Source: an uncultured Verrucomicrobiales bacterium (lineage in GTDB: Bacteria; Verrucomicrobiota; Verrucomicrobiia; Verrucomicrobiales; Akkermansiaceae). Taken from it: DNA of 64,000 nucleotides. The DNA is taken from NCBI GenBank assembly GCA_963934155.1, contig CAWVXI010000001.1, forward strand, positions 52,174-116,173, written 5' to 3'. Below, piece by piece: positions 39,547 through 46,920 of the stretch. The first letter of the stretch is position 1, and the number at the start of each line of letters is the position of its first letter. The notes under the pieces were generated by a model. That model worked only from the letters and a program-made list of their open reading frames with translations, searched no databases and was not told the DNA's origin. A program made the translations under genes and the position numbers.

Positions 39547-40554
39547 TTAAGTTGATTTGATCGTCTTAGGCGTGGACCTATCTTGACCAGGTATTTCCTT
39601 CAGAAGATTCATCACCACATCGTTCGTAGTGATGCCCTCTACCCGAGCATTATAGTCTAACAGAATCCTGTGTCGGATCACCGCCGGGGCGACATATGCC
39701 ACATCCTCGAATGAGGCGTGGGTGCGCTCATTGATCAGGGCGCGTGCTTTAGCGGCAGAGGCCAGCGAGAGCGCAGCACGTGGGCTAGCTCCGTATTTCA
39801 CATTAGCCGATGCAGCGGACTGCCCCGGATGCGTGGCATCCACTAGTCTGGCAATATAGTTAGCCACCACATCAGGCAGGTAAATCTTCCTCACTAGCCT
39901 GAGTAAAGTCTCCAGCGTGCCAGCATCCATGATGGTATCGACATACGGCTCGGTCCCGAGCTCACGCGATGTCACTATCTTCTGCAGCGTAGCAACTGAG
40001 TTCCGCGTGACCTCAAGCTTAAACAAAAACCGATCCAACTGAGCCTCCGGCAGCGGATAAGTTCCTTCCAGTTCGATGGGGTTCTGGGTAGCCAGCACGA
40101 AAAACGGACTCGGCAGCGGATGCGTCTCACCAATGACCGTGACCCGCTGTTCCTGCATCGCTTCTAATAGTGCAGACTGGGTTTTAGGAGAAGCTCGGTT
40201 GATCTCATCAGCCAGCATGATGTTGGTGAATAGTGGGCCGGGCTGAAATTTAAACTCCCTGCGGCCATCAACCTCCTGCAACACTGGATTTCCCGTGATG
40301 TCTCCGGGCAGGAGGTCTGGGGTAAATTGAATCCGCTTGGTATCCAGCCCCAGAGTCTTAGACAGCCCCTTGACCAGTTCCGTTTTCCCCAGCCCTGGCA
40401 GTCCCTCGAGTAAAATATGACCACGAGCCAGTAGCCCAGTGATGACGAGATCAATCAGTTGTTCCTGACCGAAGAGAACTTGGTTTAGCGCAGTATTAAG
40501 TGAGCGGATGTGCTTGGCGGCATTGGTGACTTCAGTTTCTGATGCGTATTCCAT
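39547..40554 (-). CDS. MoxR-family AAA+ ATPase
   Basis: GLPGLGKTELVK is Walker A. LADEINRASPKTQSALLEAMQE is Walker B plus the MoxR signature. The start is taken at MEYASETE (40554). Confidence 0.85.
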   Translation of the reverse strand: MEYASETEVTNAAKHIRSLNTALNQVLFGQEQLIDLVITGLLARGHILLEGLPGLGKTELVKGLSKTLGLDTKRIQFTPDLLPGDITGNPVLQEVDGRREFKFQPGPLFTNIMLADEINRASPKTQSALLEAMQEQRVTVIGETHPLPSPFFVLATQNPIELEGTYPLPEAQLDRFLFKLEVTRNSVATLQKIVTSRELGTEPYVDTIMDAGTLETLLRLVRKIYLPDVVANYIARLVDATHPGQSAASANVKYGASPRAALSLASAAKARALINERTHASFEDVAYVAPAVIRHRILLDYNARVEGITTNDVVMNLLKEIPGQDRSTPKTIKST

Positions 40555-40833
40555 AATAAGTAATCTAGGCAGGTGCGCCTGATGATAGATCAGTTTTAAA
40601 AATGAAAAAACCAAATGATCAAACGACGCTTAATAAATAAGAAATACAGCCTGAACTGGCAAGAATTAATTTGAGGTATCTTTCTGCTACTAAGCGAGAA
40701 GAATCGGGCTATTTTACGGGTGATTTTTGAAGAGCTGAAACTCATTCGCTTTTTGAGAAGCCTTTCTATGATGAGGAGGTTCGTGATTCTCAGACTCCTA
40801 TTCAGCTTATGGGATTGCTTTTTCCGTGCTTCA

Positions 40834-41106
40834 TCACATCAGCCAAATACCAACTGCGGTGACTAATGTGCTGATAATGAAAACAACGGCGAGAGAAAAA
40901 GAGGAAGAACTACGATCACGAAACGCATCTGAAATACCTCTGCTGAAGCCAAGGATGAATGAGAACAAACCGCCTAAAAGAAATACATCTGCCCATTGCC
41001 ATACTGCAACTTCGTTACTGTCATCCCTGGAAAATGCGAGTCCTATAGCGGAAAGAGAGGCTAAAATACCACCTAATATAGCGAGTATCAGTCCTAGCGA
41101 TTCCAT
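40834..41106 (-). CDS. Small membrane protein (3 TM), hypothetical
   Basis: The 90-aa ORF has hydrophobic segments. The opposite-strand ORF 40826-41137 is less protein-like. Confidence 0.45.
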   Translation of the reverse strand: MESLGLILAILGGILASLSAIGLAFSRDDSNEVAVWQWADVFLLGGLFSFILGFSRGISDAFRDRSSSSFSLAVVFIISTLVTAVGIWLM

Positions 41107-41275
41107 TTTAGTTATGGGAGTTCATTTAATGGGTTGATTTTGAGTAGATTATCTAACAAAAGTGTCCTGCAGAGGGGGGGATGTGGACGAAGAGAGTAAT
41201 GACTGGAGTTGTGATTGGGCTTTGTAGCTCATAGTCCTTAGGTGTCGGATAATGTGATTGTTCGCTTTGTTTGCT

Positions 41276-41941
41276 TCAGACCCAATGGAGTTTATCTTGA
41301 CGTTCGCGATAAACAATCCCTAGGACTCTGGCATTGGTCATTAATGAATATGATGTGACAACTGCCATTACCAGTGTTCCTAGAATGAAATTTCCTTGAA
41401 AAATACTCCCTATCAAAACCTCTGTTAAGTAAACTAGGCAAAGCATTAAAATACCAATCCAATAAATCCAACCGCCTCGAAATATAGATGGAATGACAAT
41501 ATGCGGGCTACAGCAACCAATAGAACCTAATATCACTACGGATAAGATAGCCATAGGGAAGTAAATAATCCCCAGAGCCAATAGAACTACTGATATCAAT
41601 GACTCGGAATCACCAGATAATATAAAATAGCGATAAGCAAAATAGGGGGTGAACGAGACTATTACTACCGTGAAGACCTGAAGCATAGGCGAAATCATAT
41701 CCTCAATAATATTTGATGTTTCAGGGAATTCAGGAGCTTCTTTACCACCGGTAGCGGTGGATTTTATTATTTGATAGAATATTGCGCAAAAATATCCAGT
41801 AAATAAGATTGAAGCAATTATTCCAAACAAAGGAGCAAAGCTAGCTAATGCAGCAAGAACCGATAGGATAGCACAAGTGATGAGGATGGATTTACCGCTA
41901 CCACGATAAGCGTAGGTTAGGATGTCTATAATGGGATTCAT
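41276..41941 (-). CDS. Polytopic membrane protein, hypothetical (DUF4013-like impression)
   Basis: The 221-aa ORF has about 6 TM helices. The family guess is from memory only. Confidence 0.5.
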   Translation of the reverse strand: MNPIIDILTYAYRGSGKSILITCAILSVLAALASFAPLFGIIASILFTGYFCAIFYQIIKSTATGGKEAPEFPETSNIIEDMISPMLQVFTVVIVSFTPYFAYRYFILSGDSESLISVVLLALGIIYFPMAILSVVILGSIGCCSPHIVIPSIFRGGWIYWIGILMLCLVYLTEVLIGSIFQGNFILGTLVMAVVTSYSLMTNARVLGIVYRERQDKLHWV

Positions 41942-42046
41942 CTTTTTTATTTGTTTGGCTTCATCCTGTTGGTGTCTCCTACAGAGAAACTCTATTAGTT
42001 AGTTTATTATTTATAGAGGAAGAGCAGAGAATGTATATTATAACAT

Positions 42047-42121
42047 TTCCCCAGCCAGCTTTGCTGCACTTTCAAATCATTCCATCAAACGATCAATCCA
42101 GTATCACTGTGAGGATGGTAT
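42047..42121. repeat. Left copy of a 66-nt perfect / about 75-nt near-perfect inverted repeat (partner at 54112-54187)
   Basis: I checked base by base that 42056-42121 equals the reverse complement of 54112-54177. Beyond that there are one mismatch and one 1-nt indel. Confidence 0.9.
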
Positions 42122-42123
42122 TA

Positions 42124-42357
42124 TCACCCTATATCACCAGATATGCAGAAGAAGAATCCGAAAAATTTAGGGAATAAAGCACCTAAAATTGTTCCTGTGA
42201 CTAAACTGGGTAAACAGAACATAAATAGTTCACTCAAAGGTAATAATGGTATCGACAAAGAAGTCGTTGCTACGAGTGTTAGCGAAATAATGAGACAGAA
42301 AATAACTCCTCCTAATATTCCAAACAGTTTATTTGATAGAGTTGTCATTTTTAGCAT
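42124..42357 (-). CDS. Small membrane protein, hypothetical
   Basis: The 77-aa ORF has two or three hydrophobic helices. Its stop codon abuts the inverted-repeat copy. Confidence 0.4.
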   Translation of the reverse strand: MLKMTTLSNKLFGILGGVIFCLIISLTLVATTSLSIPLLPLSELFMFCLPSLVTGTILGALFPKFFGFFFCISGDIG

Positions 42358-42507
42358 AGCGTCTTAGCATAACCAACCCAACGGAGGGGGCGAACGTGGA
42401 CGAAAAGGTTGATGGATTAGTTAGAGAAAAACTTGTCAGAAAGCGCGCCGATGGGTTAGGATGCAGCGATTTAGGGTTAGGCATTTTTACGAGTTTAATT
42501 GTGTTGA

Positions 42508-43104
42508 TTATAGACTACTTGAAAACGGTCTGTGCATATATGGAATATCATCAATATCAGTATACTTCCCACCAACAATGGCTTTCTTATTATTTAAAAG
42601 AGTTATTCCCTTATGTGGAGGATAACCGTATTGCGGCTTTTTGCCATAACCTAGTAGCAGATATCTAACTTCGTATTCATTAGCTGCTACCTTGATAAAC
42701 AGTATATTTCTAAAGGCTGGTAAAGCATCACTTATATCTTCACTGATAAAGATATGACCTTCATCAGAGGTCTGAATTTGTAGATTTGAACCGAGGGCGT
42801 CGTCCCATTGTTTTGTGAAGGCACTTTCTGCTATGATCTTTGAATTCTTATTTGATAAATGAAGAACATAGTGGGATGAAGTAGGATCTCGTTGTCCAAG
42901 TAACTTGGCTGTAGAATAGTCCGTTTTATCCATGAGGCTTTCACCTAACTTTAATTGTAGATAACTACTCGAATTGGGTATCAGAATTATATTACTATTT
43001 TTGTTCAAGATTGGATGTTCAGACATAGGAGTGAGGTCTTCTTCATTAATTGAAGAACAACTTACTAATATTCCGCTGAACAATATTATTACCGAGAATT
43101 TCAT
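42508..43104 (-). CDS. Lipoprotein, hypothetical
   Basis: The 198-aa ORF has the lipobox ILVSCSS. It lies in the AT-rich region. Confidence 0.55.
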   Translation of the reverse strand: MKFSVIILFSGILVSCSSINEEDLTPMSEHPILNKNSNIILIPNSSSYLQLKLGESLMDKTDYSTAKLLGQRDPTSSHYVLHLSNKNSKIIAESAFTKQWDDALGSNLQIQTSDEGHIFISEDISDALPAFRNILFIKVAANEYEVRYLLLGYGKKPQYGYPPHKGITLLNNKKAIVGGKYTDIDDIPYMHRPFSSSL

Positions 43105-43114
43105 TATTTCATCA

Positions 43115-43286
43115 AGATTCTATGGCTGAAGCTTGTTGTGAGCCGTGCCATTGTAAAAAAGGATGATGAACTTAGGGTTTTCGTGGGCGATCTCTCTGAC
43201 ACGAGGTCGGAGAGACCTATCCAACATGATTATCAATAATCATACCCAGCGGGCGACCACTAGGGAGTGCAAGCCAATGTCTCATC
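43115..43286 (+). ncRNA. Candidate bridge-RNA-like leader of the IS110-type element (speculative)
   Basis: This is 172 nt of conserved non-coding sequence 5' of the transposase stub. It has several hairpins: ATGGC..GCCAT around GCTTG-ttg-TGAGC, then TCTCTC..GAGAGA, then the ATGATTAT-ca-ATAATCAT palindrome at 43226-43243. The same region in copy D is 46921-47092. Confidence 0.25.
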
Positions 43287-43549
43287 ATGAAAGAACTCTA
43301 CTACATCGGACTAGACGTGCACAAGGACACAGTTGGCACTGTCATCATTCGGCTCCTTCGTATAACATTAAACGTCACCAAGACCCCCCACTAGTGTAAC
43401 AACCCGCTAAGGCAGAAAACGGAATCAAAATAGTATAACTAACGGCCACCCAGAGCCTTCGACCCTGGGCTCGTGTCATCACGTGCGTAGCTATACGGGA
43501 CAACAACCGATCACTTCGATGTTCGCTACCGTTCAATCAAAGCTATCTT
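43115..43549 (+). mobile_element. Type-1 repeat copy A: internally deleted IS110-family element (94-nt shared module, leader, transposase N- and C-terminal stubs, right end)
   Basis: The ATG at 43287 gives MKELYYIGLDVHKDTV, the canonical IS110/DEDD transposase N-terminus. It is fused directly to ..RLLRITLNVTKTPH, a C-terminal-type tail. Copy A is near-identical to copy D (46921-47408). Confidence 0.75.
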
Positions 43550-44955
43550 TGAGGTTCTACTTTCTGTGACTTCCGCTTTGTCATCAACTGTGCCCCGATC
43601 CGTTTTTTCCATGCGTTGAGTTTCTCTTTCAATTTAGCAGTTACTTCGGGCATAGTGTCAGCCAGGTTTCTTTGTTCACCTGGATCTTTAATCAAATCAT
43701 AGAGTTCAAAGGCATTTGCTTGGTCATAAGCAGACCTTTCAAACCATTCGATCAATTTGTAGCGCCCCATTCGGACGGCACCTTGTGGACCTAGGCCTAG
43801 GCTGTGATAATGTGGGAAATGCCAATAAACTGCTTCACGAGTTAGTTTCGCCCCCGAATCCTTCAAGAGAGGAAGAAAATTGATACCGTCAACATCCTTG
43901 GCTGTGGAAGATCCACCGGCAATGGCTGTGATAGTAGGAAAGAAATCATTACTTATCACAACCTCTCCGCACTCACTTCCGGGGGTGATGACACCCGGCC
44001 ATTTGATAATTAGCGGCATGCGAATGCCGCCCTCATAGAGATCACCTTTGCTGCCCCTGAACGGCTTGCCATTCTTGGGTCCCAATTGTCCATTATCTGA
44101 ATAGAAAAATACTATCGTATTCTTTTCAAGTCCCAGTTTTTCTAGTGTCATTAGGATGGTGCCCACGCTCTTATCCAGTGTCTCAAGCATCGCTGCCTGC
44201 TTAGGGTTGTTTCTTTTGTTCGTTTTTGCCTCAGGCTTCGTGGCATATTTCTCAACAAGAGCTTTTTTCTCGATTTCCGGAGAGTGAATGCTGTTGTGCG
44301 TCACGTAGCAGAAAAAAGGCTTGTTCTTGTTGTTCTGAATAAAAGCAATGGATCTTTCCGTGATTTCCCGAACATGATGCCAGTCTTCGTCGTACATGCT
44401 TTTCGGGCCAGCGCCTGGCTTGTGGGTTGTTAGTACATCATCAAAGCCCTGCGAGCCGGGGTCTCCGGGTCGACCGGGTTTGTATTTCTTGTCTACATTC
44501 AAATGCCATTTTCCGAAATGCCCGGTTACATATCCGGCGTTTTTCAGGGATTCCGCGATGGTGACCTCTTTGAGAGGAAGGTGTTTCTGCCAGTCCGGCG
44601 TAATGAGTTTTTTGTCTTTTGGATTCCCTCCCGGAATAAAGTCGGTGAGGTGAAGGCGAGCAGGATATTTGCCCGTCATGATACTCGCCCTTGTAGGCGA
44701 ACAGATAGGTGCGGCCGCATAGGCATTAGTAAATCTCACCCCTTCTTTTACCAGTCGATCAATATTTGGAGTCTCGTAAAATTTGCTACCATAAGAGCTC
44801 AGTTGATAGCGGCCAAGGTCATCCGCTAGTATGAAAACAATATTGGGCTTGGTTCTTCCATCATCCGCAAGTCCATACGCACAATACGGAAATGCAAGCA
44901 GAACAACACTGAATGCTTTTAGGAATGATCTATAATTAGTGAGAATGTTACTCAT
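43543..44955 (-). CDS. Sulfatase (formylglycine-dependent arylsulfatase family)
   Basis: It has a signal peptide and the CSPTRASIMTG (C-x-P-x-R) motif. DDLG and GKWH motifs are present, and the length is 470 aa. Confidence 0.85.
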   Translation of the reverse strand: MSNILTNYRSFLKAFSVVLLAFPYCAYGLADDGRTKPNIVFILADDLGRYQLSSYGSKFYETPNIDRLVKEGVRFTNAYAAAPICSPTRASIMTGKYPARLHLTDFIPGGNPKDKKLITPDWQKHLPLKEVTIAESLKNAGYVTGHFGKWHLNVDKKYKPGRPGDPGSQGFDDVLTTHKPGAGPKSMYDEDWHHVREITERSIAFIQNNKNKPFFCYVTHNSIHSPEIEKKALVEKYATKPEAKTNKRNNPKQAAMLETLDKSVGTILMTLEKLGLEKNTIVFFYSDNGQLGPKNGKPFRGSKGDLYEGGIRMPLIIKWPGVITPGSECGEVVISNDFFPTITAIAGGSSTAKDVDGINFLPLLKDSGAKLTREAVYWHFPHYHSLGLGPQGAVRMGRYKLIEWFERSAYDQANAFELYDLIKDPGEQRNLADTMPEVTAKLKEKLNAWKKRIGAQLMTKRKSQKVEPQR

Positions 44956-44979
44956 GAGTATTCTTTCTGTATTGTGTCG

Positions 44980-45183
44980 AGATTTTATGGCTGAAGCTTG
45001 TTGTGAGCCGTGCCATTGTATAAAAGGATGATGAGCTTAGGGTTTTCGTGGGTGATCTCTCTGACACCAGGTCAATTCCGATGATCGCTTTGAATGGCTT
45101 ATCTGAGGTATTTTTATTGATTTTCATCACAAGGTAGAAACGCAGATCACTGGAGTGACCTCGACTACCTTCTCATTCTATCT
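44980..45183. mobile_element. Type-2 repeat copy B (94-nt shared module plus an opposite-strand transposase N-terminal stub)
   Basis: The shared module is at 44980-45073. The minus-strand ATG at 45127 gives MKINKNTSDKPFKAIIGIDLVS. The right end is ...ccttctcattctatct. Confidence 0.65.
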
Positions 45184-45186
45184 GGG

Positions 45187-45486
45187 CTATTTTTTTCTTT
45201 GGAGTCCGAAGTTCGGGTGGCGCTTGTCGTGTCTCAAAACTGCTATCCGGATGAGAGTAGAATCAGCTTCATACAAAAAATGATATGGAAATGTCCTTAG
45301 TTGAACTCTCCTCAAACCTCCATCTGAAAAATGATGCCCTGTTGGATTCTGCTCTATCTTACAAATTGCGGACTCTATCTCATCGAAAAAACGATCACCA
45401 AGTTTAGTGCCACCTTCTTGATCATAGTGACTCATTGCTGAGCTAAGATCTTTCTGGATGAGTCTGTGATATATAAAATCTGCCAT
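45187..45486 (-). CDS. Type II toxin, RelE/ParE family
   Basis: The 99-aa ORF contains FPYHFLYEADSTLIRIAVLRHDKRHP, typical of ParE/RelE. It lies 1 nt downstream of the antitoxin gene. Confidence 0.75.
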   Translation of the reverse strand: MADFIYHRLIQKDLSSAMSHYDQEGGTKLGDRFFDEIESAICKIEQNPTGHHFSDGGLRRVQLRTFPYHFLYEADSTLIRIAVLRHDKRHPNFGLQRKK

Positions 45487-45487
45487 A

Positions 45488-45697
45488 CTAACGACCTAAG
45501 CTCGCTTTGATCTGACTCCAGGAGCGTCTAGATGAAGGGTCAGCCTTCATCTCTTCGATTCTTCTCTTAGCTTCCAGTGAGCCATCATCTATATCTGATA
45601 GCACTGCTGGTAATGTTGCTAATAGATCAGCGACAAGTGAAGCTCGTTCATCTTCAGGCAATGTCATAGCACCTGCTTGTATTTCTGCTATATTCAT
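45488..45697 (-). CDS. Antitoxin (addiction module component, TIGR02574-like)
   Basis: The 69-aa ORF contains MTLPEDERASLVADLLATL ... EAKRRIEEM ... SWSQIKASL. Confidence 0.65.
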   Translation of the reverse strand: MNIAEIQAGAMTLPEDERASLVADLLATLPAVLSDIDDGSLEAKRRIEEMKADPSSRRSWSQIKASLGR

Positions 45698-45845
45698 ATT
45701 TCAAGCGTAGCATAATAAAACCGAAAAGCTATATTATTTTCAGCGTCCTAGCGTAGTCAATCCCACGGAGAGAGCGATGGTGAACGAAGGTGTTGAGGTT
45801 GTAATTGTGTGAAAAGCTCCGACGAAAATGCGCCCATGGTGTTGG

Positions 45846-46370
45846 CTACTGCGTCTTCGCTTTAGTTGCTAGCTTTTTCCATTTTTCTCGACTAAGAAAT
45901 GCATGTTCTTCTCTGAGTATTCCAAACTTCTCTGGTTTGTGATAGATCATCCATATTGCAAGTGATCGGTTCTGTTTTGGAAACGCCTTATAGTGTGGAC
46001 ACATTGAATCGGGATGATCGATAATATCTAATGTAATCTTATCTCCTACCTTAATATTCTTAGAAATAGGTTGAACTACTTGCAGAGTAAATCGATGGAT
46101 GAATCGTAACTTATAGTAAATGGTCTCTTTGGGTTTATCTGCTTTGTATGCTTCATTTTGGATTTCTTTAAACTGTTTAGAGGTGATTTTGTATGGGCGA
46201 CCATCTAGTAGAAACTTCTTTTCAACTTTAACGATGTAACCTTCAAATGTCTTTGCTGAATCTTCATATTTATCAAGTAGCTCATTAGTTATTGGTGTGA
46301 GAGAAGAACCTGAAAAGGCAACTACTGTAGAGCATATAATCGTAAGGATAGTTATATATAATATTTTCAT
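45846..46370 (-). CDS. Secreted hypothetical protein
   Basis: The 174-aa ORF has a signal peptide. I recognise no motif. Confidence 0.5.
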   Translation of the reverse strand: MKILYITILTIICSTVVAFSGSSLTPITNELLDKYEDSAKTFEGYIVKVEKKFLLDGRPYKITSKQFKEIQNEAYKADKPKETIYYKLRFIHRFTLQVVQPISKNIKVGDKITLDIIDHPDSMCPHYKAFPKQNRSLAIWMIYHKPEKFGILREEHAFLSREKWKKLATKAKTQ

Positions 46371-46379
46371 TTTTTAGCG

Positions 46380-46585
46380 AGATTCTATGGCTGAAGCTCA
46401 TCTTGAGCCGCGCCATTGTAAAAAAGGATGATGAGCTTAGGGTTTTCGTGGGCTATTTCTCTGACACGAGGTCAATTCCGATGATCGCTCTGAACTGTCT
46501 GTCTTGTGTATTATTACTTGTTTTCATAAGATAGGTAGAATCGCAGATTACTGGAGTGACCTCGACTACCTTCTCATTCTATCTT
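46380..46585. mobile_element. Type-2 repeat copy C
   Basis: The shared module is at 46380-46473. The minus-strand ATG at 46527 gives MKTSNNTQDRQFRAIIGIDLVS. The right end is ...ccttctcattctatctt. Confidence 0.65.
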
Positions 46586-46586
46586 G

Positions 46587-46910
46587 TTAGAATCGATTTT
46601 TAAAATACAATTCAATATATGGTCGAGAATAGCTATATAAATATGCGGTATATATGAAACTACTTATTCCCGCGCCCACTCCTGCAAATACTCCCATCAT
46701 AACACTTCTCGGTAAAACAGGGTATTCGTTATAAAGGCAATGACCGAGCCATATTCCTGCACCGCAAAACAGCAGCATAAGGAACGAAGCACAAGGAATC
46801 AGTCTAGTTCGAGGAACAGATTTGTAGATAGCATTCCACGAAATTTTCCGTTCCTCTTTCGATAACCCCTTAAATTCAGGGATATCGTTATATGTCCAAA
46901 ATATCTTCAT
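46587..46910 (-). CDS. Small membrane protein (2 TM), hypothetical
   Basis: The ORF is 107 aa and has two hydrophobic helices. Confidence 0.45.
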   Translation of the reverse strand: MKIFWTYNDIPEFKGLSKEERKISWNAIYKSVPRTRLIPCASFLMLLFCGAGIWLGHCLYNEYPVLPRSVMMGVFAGVGAGISSFIYTAYLYSYSRPYIELYFKNRF

Positions 46911-46920
46911 TATATTGTCG

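Noticed and set aside
42396-42668. A 90-aa plus-strand ORF overlaps the 3' end of the lipoprotein gene 42508-43104.
   Set aside because: It starts at a GTG inside the intergenic G-run motif, runs antisense to a better ORF with a lipobox, and has no protein-like features.
43163-43399. ORF-track proteins 43163-43399 and 46969-47301 (MMNLGFSWAISLTRGRRDLS...), which look like a conserved paralogous pair.
   Set aside because: Their conservation only reflects DNA identity of repeat copies A and D. The frame runs across the non-coding leader and out of frame through the IS110 transposase stub, and the true transposase frame starts at 43287 and 47093.
44948-45130. A 60-aa minus-strand ORF spanning repeat copy B and overlapping the sulfatase start.
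   Set aside because: Only its first 20 codons or so (the MKINKN..AIIGIDL transposase stub) look genuine. The remainder reads through the shared non-coding module.
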